NCBI GenBank assembly: GCA_004764695.1
Contig: SMSO01000037.1
Coordinates: forward strand, 3,014,747 to 3,078,746
From: Schizochytrium sp. TIO01
Lineage: Eukaryota > Protista > Bigyra: Labyrinthulomycetes
DNA: 64,000 nucleotides
Direction of reading: 5' to 3'
Shown here: one piece after another, positions 1-12,554 of the stretch
Numbering within the stretch: the stretch's first letter is position 1
Layout: each line of letters starts with the position of its first letter
Notes under the pieces: generated by a model
The model's input: the letters and a program-made list of their open reading frames with translations, nothing else
What the model was told of the DNA's origin: nothing
The model's database searches: none
Program-made: the position numbers and the translations under genes

Positions 1-2454
1 GCGACCTCACGCAGAGCACGGCGAAGTGAAGCAGAGAGAAGGAAAGATAAGGTGTCTCGTCGTGGTCAGCACTGCAGCGAAGGAATCACAGCCCGCCAAG
101 ATTTGCCGCCTTCGCTGGAATGCTGACCTTCTCGCGCGAAAGTGCACTTTGCATATTGGGTGGTCACCTTTGAATAGCACTTGCACGCGTGCATTATTTC
201 CTGGTTTGCGGGTTGCGGCCAATAAATGAATGAATAAAGGAATAAATGAATCAACGATTGACACAGAGGTTTGAAATACGATGTGAAGTCCTGTATATGA
301 TCTACGACGCAGGTAAAGTTTGCAAGCCCGCTTGACTATGCAGGCAGCAAATGGCGGAGTGCTTGCAGAGTTCTCAGGACTCACGCTGACAAAGGGCAGA
401 AAGCACCTCCCTAGGTGGGCACTTGCCTCGAGCGCTACTACGCAGGAAAACATTGGCTGCCAACAAAAGACTTGTCTGAAAGAGAACTGCAAACCGTGTG
501 CGCTGTATTCTCTGGAGCCTGAAGGCCTTGAAGCCTGAGGTTATGACTGATTTACTCAACGGTGTTCGTCCCTCCCAGGAGCCGCGATTCTCGGGTGGCC
601 AGAGCACAAGTACGTACGCACGTCAGCGCAACGGCACAATGCCCTCGCAGGCCAGTAGCACTCGTACGAAGGAGTCAGAGGCCACTATGAAGAAACCAAG
701 AATCCCCGTCAGCCAATCTTTCAGAGCAGTTGAGATCACCCGAACTTTTGTGGTGGCGAACACACCATGCTCGTGGGAAGAAATGGTGACGAGAATCCTC
801 ACCTCCTTGGATTTTGTTCGTTTTGCGCGGCTTTTGGTGTATAAGTTTTTATATCAATGTGTTTTCGGAGGCTGGACAAGAGGAATCTCCCAGCAGTGGT
901 ATTTTATTTACTCTTTTCCGGCCTTTCAGGCCCACCTCATGAAACAGAGGTCGGGGGCTGGAGACTGTAGAGAGGCGAGCTCAGTGGCAAGTGATCTTCT
1001 TCGCTCGCTTGCTCAATGTTTGACGCAGGCAAGTGCAATGATATTCTTTTTAGAAGAAAACTAAACAGGAAAAACTCGCACTTCCGCACGTGCTTTTCTC
1101 GGTTAGTAGGTAAGCAGAAGAAGAAATGTTCGAAAAAGATGAGTTCCCACAGAACATTTCTTCTGTTTAAATCACAGGACTAAACATCTGAACACAAATT
1201 CAACTACTTTATTTAAAATTGCCATCCTTCAAGTTTCTATGTAATATGTTGCGACACCGTCTCATTGAATTGCAAAATCGACTGTATAGAATTAACCGGC
1301 CACTTTACAGAACCAGCAAGTCAGTGTGATAATTTTCATGTCTAAAAAAGCTTCACTCGTACCTCTTTTAGTTTAAGAGGGAGCTGTTTCTAAAATATCA
1401 GCCTAAATGGCTGCTGCGAGTGAGGCAGTTTAGATGAAACTCAATTAAATGAAAAACAAAAAAAAACAGAACCAGCGAGAGATAAAAGAAATATGCGCTT
1501 TTCTCATTGATAAGGGATACACAGTTCAAAATAGTATGGTGCATTTTGAGAACTTCTCGTAAGCTCTAACTGGTTTTATTATTTCCTACTCTCATCATTC
1601 CTCTCGTATAAAATCTTGTGTAGACATGAAATGTTACATATTAAATCTGGCAAAAGCAAAAGCTTCGCCAAGATCAAACTAGATAAGCAAGCAGTCATAG
1701 CATTCTGCCAGATCAATGAAGTCTTGGTAAAGTCGTAAGCATGTAGCGACATCGTGTCATGCTTCCACTGCATTTAAGGCAATGAGTTCGCTTGTTCATT
1801 GATCAATTGATGTAGAATAAGCAACAAAATGTGTTGTTTCTGTCATCCAAGGTTGCGAGAAGTTAGATATTCCAGAGGCAAGAGACAATTCCCTTCCTCA
1901 AGAAATGCATGCCATGCGAGGAGGATACAGGGCAATATCAAGCAACAGATCAAATGACTACTACGAACAAAGCGAACGAAGAAAGAAAATATAAAGAGTG
2001 GTTTTTGAAGTAAAGCCAACACAGGACGTAATCAATGCAGAGCAAAGAGCACACGAAGAGAATCTCCCAGGTCTATAGATATTTGATATGGTAGGAAAGC
2101 AGATCACCAAGAGAGCATAACACTGCCTCGAGGGAGGAATATGAAGAGGATCGATGAATCCTCCATCATGATGGCAGGTGGCAGGTGAACAGCAAGGCCA
2201 TAGACGCGGGTGGACGACTACGTGCACAATTGAAAAGATCAAGTGCTAGACGTTTAGGTGGTTTGGGGTATATATGGGGGGGACTCGGAAAAAGGAGGGC
2301 GGGGATGTTGTCTGTCATAGCAAGCGTCATAACCCACAAAGACTGGGCATTAGTTGATGCATGCGTAAAGTGCTTACAAATTTGTGTGTGTGAAGTAAGC
2401 AAAAGTCTATCTAGCGTGTGTGTGTGTGTTTTTGTTGTTGTTGCGAAGTTAGAC

Positions 2455-3705
2455 TTAGTATGAGGACTCGTCGCTGAAGAGAGCAGAGACGGACTTCTTC
2501 TCGTGGATGCGTTTAATGGCACCGGCAATGAGCTTGCCAACAGAGAGGGTGCGGATCTTCTCATTCTTGGCAGACTCCTCACTGAGCGGGATGGTGTTGG
2601 TAATGCACACCTCCTCGAGTGCCGAGGCGGCAATGCGAGACGATGCGGGACCGGAAAAGATACCGTGGGAAGCGAAAGCGTAGACGCGCTTGGCTCCGTG
2701 GGCAGAGAGTTCGTTGGCGGCCTTGCAGAGGGTACCGGCAGTGTCGATCATGTCATCAACAATAATCACATCGGCATCCTGAACGGAACCAACCAAGTCC
2801 ATGCGCTCAATTTCACCAGGCTTGTGGCGCTGCTTGATGATCATGGCAAGGCCGGCCTCAATTCCGTACTGCTTGGCGAGGCCCTCACGGAACTTCTTGG
2901 CACGGTATACACCACCGGCATCCGGTGAGACGATCACAGGGTTCTCAAGGCCAAGAGTTCCGAAGTGCTTGACACCAACGGTACCACCGTCAAGGTTATC
3001 GACGGGCACGCGGGGTCCGAAGAAGCCCTGGATCTGGCCACAGTGAAGGTCGACGGCGACGACGCGGTCAACACCCATGGCCTCAAGGAGGCGTGCGACA
3101 TCAGCGGCAGAGATGGGCACACGGGCAGTCATCTTACGATCCTGGCGAGCGTAGCCGTAGTAAGGGATGACGGCAGTAATGCGGCGGGCGGAAGCTCTCC
3201 TCATGGTGGAGATCATGAGCATGAGCTCCATGAGGTTCTCGTTCACAGGGGTGCAGGTGGGCTGGATAATGTAGACGTCCTTGCCACGGACGTTCTCGTG
3301 GACCATGACGTTGACCTCACCATCCTCGAACTTGGAGACAGTGACCTTGCCCATCTCAACACCAAGCTGGTTTGCAACTTCGTTGGCAAGTTCCTTGTTA
3401 GCGTTACCGCAAAAGAGCTTGAGGGTGTTGGTGGCCTTCTCGACCTGCTGGGGGGCCTTGGCCACCTCAGGGACCTCCTCCTTCTTCACCTCGCGCTGCT
3501 CCTCCATCAAAGCGAAGCCAGTGGCGGCAAACATGCCGGCGACGGCGACTCCGGAGGCAGCGGCAAAGCGTGAGCTACGGTAGAAGGGTCTCGAAGCGCC
3601 TTCGGTGGCCTGGCTAGCAGAGGCCGAAAAGACGCGGGAGGGGACGCGGAGAGACACACGAGCAGCCACGAAGGCGCTGCGGGCGAGGGTCTTAGAGGCG
3701 AGCAT
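2455..3705 (-). CDS. PRPS: Ribose-phosphate pyrophosphokinase (PRPP synthetase, class I-like) with N-terminal mitochondrial-type presequence
   Basis: 416-aa ORF with KFEDGEVNV, ENVRGKDVYIIQ, PYYGYARQDRK, DLHCGQIQGFF, VSPDAGG and the PRT motif IIVDDMIDTAGT. The ~90-aa N-terminal extension is R/S/A-rich and then hydrophobic. Confidence 0.97.
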   Translation of the reverse strand: MLASKTLARSAFVAARVSLRVPSRVFSASASQATEGASRPFYRSSRFAAASGVAVAGMFAATGFALMEEQREVKKEEVPEVAKAPQQVEKATNTLKLFCGNANKELANEVANQLGVEMGKVTVSKFEDGEVNVMVHENVRGKDVYIIQPTCTPVNENLMELMLMISTMRRASARRITAVIPYYGYARQDRKMTARVPISAADVARLLEAMGVDRVVAVDLHCGQIQGFFGPRVPVDNLDGGTVGVKHFGTLGLENPVIVSPDAGGVYRAKKFREGLAKQYGIEAGLAMIIKQRHKPGEIERMDLVGSVQDADVIIVDDMIDTAGTLCKAANELSAHGAKRVYAFASHGIFSGPASSRIAASALEEVCITNTIPLSEESAKNEKIRTLSVGKLIAGAIKRIHEKKSVSALFSDESSY

Positions 3706-4243
3706 CGTGCTGATGTATTTTGACTATTGACGTTTATGAAGTATGAGCTTGTGTAGAAGCAACGGGTAGAGAAAGGTATGAAACGACGGAGCTGTCTGTC
3801 TTGCTTCGAGGTAGCAACAGAGAAGGTCGGTCTTTGAGGCTGTTGAGTAGCTACACGAGTGGTGGCGGTGCCAGATGAACTACGAGAGTGAACTCGAGTT
3901 GCTGCTTGTGGGGCGGCGGGGGAAGGAGGGAGGGAAGGGAGTAGAAGGGGACGCGAGCTGCTGAGTCGCAGTCGCTGCCTAACTACTGCCTGCTGCCTGC
4001 CGACGCCTGAGCGAGCTAGCTAGCGCTTTGCTGCCTGCCTGCTCCAGCCAGCTCCGCGCCTGCCATACATATCCCCTTTCTTTCATTTCCTCTTTTTAAA
4101 TGCCTAAGTAGCATCTACTTCCTAGCAGTACCATAACAATAAATAGTAGCAAACCTTCCTTAGTTTTCATTTCGTTTTCTCTTCTCATTTCTTTCCCCCA
4201 AACAAACAAAATCATTCTATTTTAAAATAAAATCAGTATATAC

Positions 4244-4271
4244 TGTTTGTTTGTTTGTTTGTTTGTTTGTT
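4244..4271. repeat. (GTTT)n microsatellite
   Basis: Tandem gttt units read directly. Confidence 0.9.
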
Positions 4272-4672
4272 AGATTGAAAAATAAATGGAACTACATGAA
4301 AGAAAACCATTTTTTAACTAGCCAGCCCTAATGGAGCTTAGCTATCTAATTTTCATATTTTTTTTAAGAAATAAAATTAATTGCTACCGTAGGTATACAT
4401 ATCTATGGTGTTCCTACCAATAAAACCCGTCGAAAAGACACAGTCTCCAGACCAGAAGGTCCTCCAGAATGGTGTAGAGACCTCGAGGCTGCGTACGGAG
4501 GTCTGCGAAGGCCTCCTCCAGTGCCATGCATAACTAAGTGCGCCACTGGAGAAGAGGGGCCTCCACTATGCCCGTGAAACTGACTGTGCGGCCGAGAAGT
4601 CTTCATCGCTGTATTCCTCGCGGTTCCTGATCATCTCACGATTAATCAATAGAGGGAGGAAGGTCTGAGAAG

Positions 4673-4674
4673 GA

Positions 4675-4728
<54 letters not shown>
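4673..4728. repeat. (GAAA)14 microsatellite
   Basis: Perfect gaaa tandem run. Confidence 0.95.
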
Positions 4729-4731
<3 letters not shown>

Positions 4732-7700
4732 TAATCTCCTGCTTAACCCCTCTTTCCTAGCTAAAATGGCTTTAACTAGCCAAAACGCCTATGCGTTGCA
4801 ACCCGTGTCCGGTACGCCGGCACCACGCGGGGGAGTTCTCCGCCTTTGTAGATGAACAAATGAGTGAAGCAACAAAAAGAAACTGTTACTTTAATTAAAT
4901 AAAAAAAGAGTACTGCGAAAACAAGATTCACGAGTTTATTTCCTCATTCATATTATAATATACATGTAATTGTAAATGATTGCCCTTCCTTCCTCACCTT
5001 TGTAGCAGGCCGGTCGGTGGTTAGTGATCAGAACCAGTGGCTCTTCGAGGCTGTCGCGAGAGAGAGCCAAACCTTGTTTCTGCTGTAAATAAGCTCTCCT
5101 CCGTTTAGTTCTAAAGCCTGCAATCATCGCTTCATTCTTGGTGTACAGCAACAACGCCCTCATCAACCTCCAATGTGCCTTCTTTGTAGAGATTACAGGG
5201 AGGAGACCCTTGCGTTGCTGTCCTGCTGCGAATGAGGGCCTCGCGGTTAGTTCGTTCCCTTGGGTTGCTCACCGGTGGGAACAAGGGGGTCTAAGTGTAC
5301 CATGAAACCAAACATTCATTGCACGAGATAGATTGCAAGATCTTGAGCAATGCTCCGCCCTTGGAGACATGCTCCGCCCTTGGCGAGGCCGTCGCTTGCA
5401 GATTCGGTGCCGCTTGTGCCCAGAGCAGCCACGGAGGAGGGAGGGAACTCTCAAGATCTGCCATCATGCGGAGGCCTCCACCCCGGATATCTATCCTCAA
5501 TCTCAAGGGCGGCAGAGCGAGGTGGTCGATGAGTGTATCAGTTCTGGTCAGTTTCCCATCCATATTTCATTCATTCATGCATGCTTCTTCTTCATTTTAA
5601 TCAGGACAATGCAATGGTCGATGAGGCGTACAGAAAATGCCATAATTTGGGTCTAACCAGGTGTGGATAGATCCAGGTCGGCGAGATTGCAAGGTATTTG
5701 ACAACTAACTGTCTTCGAAAGGTCCCCTTCTCGACCAGCCTGTGAAAAATGCAACTATGAAATAACTAACACCAAGTCTACCTCGAAGAGGCCCGAAGCA
5801 GCGCCTCTAAACCATCTTTCGACGCATATCTCTGCAATGAGAACGTACATCAGCGTCTATAATCTCACTTTCTCTTCTCCTTTGTATGACACCATGAGTC
5901 ATGAAAACTCACCCTGAGATGACTGCCTCTACAGTCTACACCACCATCGCAAGCTCCATAAAGGCCATGAGTAAGTAAGTAAGTACGTAAGTACATCAAG
6001 CTTTCATGATCGTCATCATCATCCACTGCTACCATTCCTCAACGTGCAGCAACATAAATGTAGCAAATGGGTGTTCCTCCTCTGCGTAGGTATGTATGTC
6101 CTCCAAGTGCTGTTGCAGCTCTCGCTTTGTAGCCTAAGTAAATACCAAACAGGCGCATAAATATACCCTTGATACGATGTCTCTGTACTTGTGCGTCTAT
6201 CTCCAAATTGTGAACTTTTGGTTAGTTGTCAAATAAGCTCAGGTTGGTTATGGAAAGTCTCACGCGTGTAATTGGCATCGATCAGAATGGCAAAGGCCAT
6301 AGAAATCGCCCAGCGACCCAAAGCGATTGCCGCAGCACCACCCACCCACCCGCCCAAAGAAAGAAAGCCAAGGCTCCAATCCTTCCTTCCTGCTGCTATC
6401 GCCGTCGCTGGCCCAAGTGTATTTTATTTGTTCAGTCGCTGGACCTCGACCAGAATTGTGGCGCTTACCAGTGATGGATGAATCGAGGCAACGAATGAAT
6501 GAGCTTTCTTCGCATGGATCAACGATGATCACTCATTCATTGATCGCCAAATTTTTATTGAATGAATGAATGAGTGAATGAATGAATGGCAATAATGGGT
6601 AGTCTGTATAGCATTGGCGTAGCACTAAGCCAAGCCAAGCTAGTAGAGAAAGACATAAAAGATTCTTTCAAGGCGTGCGCGGGGTCTTGTGGCATCGCAC
6701 GTACCTTCTCTCTGGCCTTTATGACCTGCTACAATTGCGAGTCTTTGTCAACTAAACCTATACTGTTTACCTTTTAAAGACCTTTCGCCCTTTGTACTTT
6801 TGTGTAAAACGTTTCTTAATCTTTTATCTTTTATCTTTTATCTTTTATTTTTTTTAATAAACATAAACTGTAAAATGAGGTGAATAGAAAGGCATTTAGT
6901 GTTTTCATTGCGACTATTTGCTGTGCATGCACAACGTTGAAGCGTAAATAAGGACCGCGAGCGATGTAGTATGTACGTACCTCTGAGTGATATGTATCTG
7001 AAGCGGAGCAGAGCGATATTTGGAAAGGCGTGGAGGCCTTTTCGAACGCAGGCTTTTATTTATTTATTTGTTTATTTCTCAGCCTCGAGGATTTCTTTCG
7101 CTTTTCGCATCTACACGGCATCTACGATTCGCGCACCCTATGAACTGAGATTGATTCATTTATTCATTTCATTCGTGATGCCAATTCGCCTTTTTAAAGT
7201 CCCTTCTAAGTTTACTTTTCTTCGATCAAACTAAACTCTCAAGTTTTTGAAGAATCGAAGGATACATATGTGTATGTACGCACCTTTATTGCAATTTATT
7301 ATATTCTTGTCATAATTAATTAATTGAAAAGCTACAATTAAAATAAATTTTCAACGCGTTGAAAAGGCAATAAACAGCGCGGAAATGTGTGTTTCTGACT
7401 GTATAAATAAATAAATCATCGTCATCGATACGAGTAAAGTTGCCGCAGAAACTCTCAACCGCGAGTACTCAGCCCAAATCAGGAAAGCTCTCGGCGAGGG
7501 AGGGAGGGAGGTCGTGGAGGAGCCGAGATATACAGCCCTCCCCAGCTCAGAGGCAGGGGCTTCGGGCTTCCGGTGGAGTTTTATTTGCGAGCTGTCCCTG
7601 GCATCCAGCTTGGGCACTGGTCCTCTTCGTGGCCGCCATTAATGAGGCAAGAGGGCAAAGAATTTCGTAGTCAACCACAATAAAATATTTATGTATTCGC

Positions 7701-7849
7701 AGTAAATGAAAAAAAGTTATTTATGCGTCAGTAAAGTGTTGAATGAATGAATGAATTAATTAATTAATTAAAAAGCGACTGCTACCTGAATCGCTAGCAG
7801 TTAGATAGAAAGAAAAAAGAACTCGGAAAGACGGGAATGAACGAATTGG

Positions 7850-7940
7850 GAATGAATGAATGAATGAATAAATAAAATGAATGAAAATGAATGAATGAAT
7901 GAATGAATGAATGAATGAATGAATGAATGAATGAATGAAT
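7850..7940. repeat. (GAAT)n microsatellite, interrupted
   Basis: Long gaat tandem run. Shorter runs of the same unit occur at about 6560, 7740 and 11930. Confidence 0.9.
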
Positions 7941-10900
7941 ACATGGACAGATCGCGCCTGAGGACCACGCGGTGGCGGTGGCGGAGCTCGGCATCGGAAA
8001 CCGCATTACAGCCCCGGGGCCAAGCTACTCTCCAGCATCTAGAGGTTGTTGGAGCTGGTCCGAGAACCACCTAAGTTCGAGGCAACCAACAACAACAACA
8101 ACAACAACAAAGCGGAAAAAGAGGCAACAAATATAAACAAACAAACAAACAAACAAATCAATGCGCTTTTCTTATGCCGGTTCCGGTCCCAAAGGTGCCC
8201 AAACCTGGCGCGCGCGGGCCACGAAACGAGCAGCTGCCGCGACCCGTACAGCTGCGGATCCCGGCAGCCTACTCCAGCCCCGAGTTGGGCGCGAGCGGGA
8301 GAACGTGAAGCAGGGCCGCGAGGCAACGAGGGCGCAGAATGCCTGCGATCTCTGGCCCACTTGCCAACTTTGATTTGTTTAGAGAGAGAGAGAGCACTTG
8401 CAGAGTTCTGCGGTTCTGCCACTCTTATCGTTTAAGGTAGTTGAGGTGCTATGGGAATGTAAGGCAATTCGTGGCGATTGGCACAGACATGAACGAAGAA
8501 TTCCAGCCACCAAAGCTTGCGCAGGGAAGTGGAGATTGACGACATCTTTCATTGCACGTATGGCACCTGCTGTGGCACGGAAGTATACAAGTCGTGCAGA
8601 GAGAGCGGCAATAGATATACTCTTGATCACAGTGCGGTATCGTGTGTCGTTTATTAAGTAAGGTGCGAGTAAAAACATCACTTAGACCAGACTTGTCCTG
8701 TTTCTTCGTCACCACGGTGCCGCCACGGCCGTGTTTGGACCTGCGAGTCGACTTTGAACTCGCTGGCAAAACCTTGGATTTCTTGCTGATGATGCGTAAC
8801 AGTTCTATCCGAAGATAGTTTACTGCAAATACGCAGAGCCATCAAGAGTCTCGACAGAAGGCCGTGTCATGAGTCCCCGTCACACGAACGGTTGGTTGCA
8901 TGCATTTGTGGATTCACCGCGCCCGTTGCTCAGCTGAGATACAATAGCCCCGGCGCTTGACCTTGACCAGCCAGCACAAGGCAAATCAATTGTACATACA
9001 CATAGGATCAAAACTCGTTGAAGCACAAGAATGGAGGAATGAATTGTGTTGTACTACAGAAAAAAGGCACCTGCAGAACAGATGGAATTGGCGTTGAGCC
9101 AACGCCATGACCAGAAATAGATGCAGACGTTGGCTCTGATAAACGAGGTCGCAGTCTTGGTTGGGAACTTGAGAAAACGTGGCCAGCACCGTAAAGGCAA
9201 GAGTGGATGGGATTACAGAAAAGGTGGAACCATCACCAATCACAAAACTATTCCCCAAAGGCACAAGAGCATTTTAGAGCTAGCTCTACAGGCACGTACG
9301 ATCACCCATGTTTATCAGCCCAAAGAATTAAAAGCAACCGCTGATTTGATCTGACGAGAATGTCTATTTCATTGCTCGGTGCCCTGGGCCAGTCATTCAA
9401 GTTTGATTGGTTAGTGGGACTATAGCAGGTAGACCAGGCATCGATTGCCCGCACTCGTTGCTTCTGAGGCGTTCGAGATTCCAATGACTCTGGGTCTCGC
9501 TAGAGTTGCACGCAAGAGAGGAGCTCGTGAAAGGCGTTGGGGGCTGCTTGTTAGCTGGACAGGTTTGAGCAGAACAGCCCACGCTCAGGCAGGGAGTGGC
9601 CTCATTTGGATTGTTTTTGTTTGTTTGTTTCAGGTTGTCCGGAAAAGTAAAAAATGAATGAAATAAAAACAAAAACATTCTTACCTTTTTTATTGTTCAT
9701 CATTAATTATAAAAGAAGAGCAGCATGAATGGCTAGTCTCAAAAGGAGCGAGAAAGTGGGACTTCAGTCAGACTCTAGAGCCCATTGTTTGTCGGGAGAG
9801 GGCAGGACAGCACAGCACATGAACATTGCGCCCGCGAGTTGTGCTTTGATCGCAAGTAAGCACGGAGCTAGCTCACAATTGTGCCAGCTACTACTACTGG
9901 AGGCAGAGGCCGTATCAGTAAGGTAGTATTTATTACCAATAGGAAAGACAATTCTGGCTCACGAAGAATTCACATCTCTAGAGTACGAGCGCGGTCAGCC
10001 TCAAGATGCCAACCAGAAACAATTCGGATATGCGAACTCTTAGCGGCTAGAAGAGGTGCTTCGGCGACTACATTTTAGGTGTTCTCCACCGTGCGTTTTT
10101 GGAGGACGCTGAGGCAAGAGCTGCAACGCATAACAAACAGCTGCGAGGCAAAGATCATTACTGCGGTCTTTCTTGAAGAAAATTCGTCCCAGTTGACCAG
10201 CCAGATGACCGACAATTCGCGACGAGACTGACCCAAGGTACCACCAACGTCAACTTTGAAGGAACTCCAGGGCGGCTGGAAAGCGCTTTGCGGTGGTAAT
10301 CTCGCCAAAACGTTCTACCTAGAGTGTCTTTAAATGTCCATGGTGTCAGACGGATGCAAATAGGAAAAAGACACGCCACTCCACTTAAGTTCTGAACAAG
10401 CACCAATAGCGATAGCGTTCGACCTCGGAGCTTCTCACTATTGTGCTGCTGCAAGTGCTGCTCGGTACTAGTTGTGCTGGTGTTGCTCAGAGGAGTTGTT
10501 CGCTCAACTGGTGAGGTATGAGCGCATGAGTAGGAGATTACAACAGTTAATTATTCTGCCTGCTGGAAATCAACAAGTCAAGCGCACATGACAGGGAGGC
10601 AATTAAAAGTAATTCTACTGGTGAGAGGTACCTGTGTGGGAGTGTTGCGTAGTAGCAGATACTACAAAGAGCGAGATTTCTTGGTGTGCGCTCATTGTTT
10701 ATTCTCCAGGCAATGGGATTGCAATGAAAACTTCATGCGTTGCAAGAGACAAAGTGAAATAATTTAATCTATTATAATACAACAAGGTTTGCAGCTCTTT
10801 CCTTCTGCACGGGACCTGAGAAGGAAGTCCGGCACTGCTTGGATTTATTTTACCTAGCTTTATATTTATATTCCGTGAGTGAGTTTGTTTCCTCATTACT

Positions 10901-11615
10901 CAGGGAGCCCACTTGCGTATGTACTGGGACTTCTACTCCATCCTCGATGTCTATGCAAGCCGAGCCCTCTCGTCCAAGTTTGCAATCTGCACGCGACATC
11001 AAATTTGCGGGTGGAGATCGCCAACCTCTCAAAGCAACCTGCGTTACCATACCACGCGTTTCCATCGAATGGGTTACAGGCAAGCAAGCTTCACATCAGT
11101 CAGTCAGCTATATAGGCCTGCTACCTATACAGATCATCATCTCTCTGGCATTGTCGATGTGTTACGCCCTTACTCCTACCGATAGCAGTACGACGCCCAG
11201 TTCAAAGTGGAGAGAACGGAGCTTCATTGGTACTGTGTCTACCAGCCTTTAGCTAGCCAGCCAGCTAGCTAACTATAGCTTAGCTGGCAAGCACGATCGT
11301 GGAGCTTCGCCTTCTTCGCGCCGCTGGTCGCGATTGCACGCTCGATTCGGGGAGCGCTCCCTCCTCGGCAGCCTCGCTGCCTTTCGCCCAAGCCGCCTTC
11401 GAACGAATTGGCCAATCGCCAGCTGTACTAGCCAGTGCCAGGTATTGATTGTGCTTCCTGATATGAGGCACCAAACTGCCAAGCGAGAAGACACGAGCGA
11501 GCTCTTTGCTTCCATGCCTGCCTGCCTGCCTGCTCGCCCGCCTCCTTCCTTGAACAACCTCCGCCATGTCCAACGTGGAGCCCGACGCGTGCGTGTGTAA
11601 CCGCCGCTGCCTGGC

Positions 11616-11650
11616 CTCGCGGCTCGCGGCTCGCGGCTCGCGGCTCGCGG
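11616..11650. repeat. (CTCGCGG)5 heptamer tandem repeat
   Basis: Five perfect copies read directly. Confidence 0.9.
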
Positions 11651-12514
11651 CAGAGGTTGTTGGCATTCTGCCGCGCTCTCGAGGGCCTCGAGTCGAGCGG
11701 AGCCAACGGAGACTAAGTTGAGAGAGCGAAGAGACAGACAGAAAGAAAGATACACGAACAACAAAGATAGAAAGAAACACCCAAAGAACGAAACAAACAA
11801 AGAACGCTAAAAGAACGAAACAAAAAAGAACGAAACAAACAAACAAAGCAGAGAGAAGAAAGAAGAGTGGTGACCAAGGCAGCGCCATGTTCCTGCGGAG
11901 ATGTCAACTCCGAGGATAGGGTTTGGATCCGAATGAGTGAATGAATGAATCAATGAAAGAATGAAAGAATGAAAGAATGCGTCAATGAGCACGGATAAAC
12001 GGGCGAGGCGTGTGAGACGAAGGGCTGGAGGACCCCGTTGGAGGAGAGCGCCGTGCCTGGCTGGCTGGGCACGGCCAGGTGGGGTGTGGAGGCGGCGCCT
12101 GACTCCGCATCATCGATCGTGCACGGACGTTTGTTTGGTCTTTTCAGGCGGATGGAAAGCTGAAGATAGCCAGGCAGCCGCTATGCGTGCGCCTACGGTT
12201 TACTCTAGCAGTGGAGGGTTTGGCCGTCTGCATGAAAGGAGAGAACTGAAGGCACAAGAGAAGAAGAAGAAGATACGAACGAACACAAACAATCAATCGA
12301 TCAATCGATCAATCGATCAATCGATCAAACAATCAATCAATCAATCAAAGACCTGCCTCAATATGGCAGTGCCGCGGCGCGGAGCCATTGCAGAGGCGGC
12401 CTGAGAACCCATCGTCCGTGGATGGACTCGAACTTGAGAGCACTCGCTGAGTTTGTGTCTTTCTGTCTGTATCTATTTATTGATGTATGTGTCTATTTAT
12501 CTGTCTATTTATGT

Positions 12515-12520
12515 GTCTAT

Positions 12521-12551
<31 letters not shown>

Positions 12552-12554
12552 TTT
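12515..12554. repeat. (ATTT)n microsatellite
   Basis: Tandem attt run preceded by degenerate gtctatttat units. Confidence 0.85.

Noticed and set aside
498-1064. 188-aa ORF
   Set aside because: GTG start, no recognisable domain and atypical composition. It could be a decayed gene but cannot be supported.
2503-3583. Several plus-strand ORFs
   Set aside because: Antisense to PRPS.
5350-5393. Short tandem duplication ATGCTCCGCCCTTGG x2
   Set aside because: Two copies only, consistent with ordinary slippage.
11273-11888. 175-aa and 202-aa minus-strand ORFs with hydrophobic N-termini
   Set aside because: The hydrophobicity comes from translated GAAA/CAAA microsatellites.
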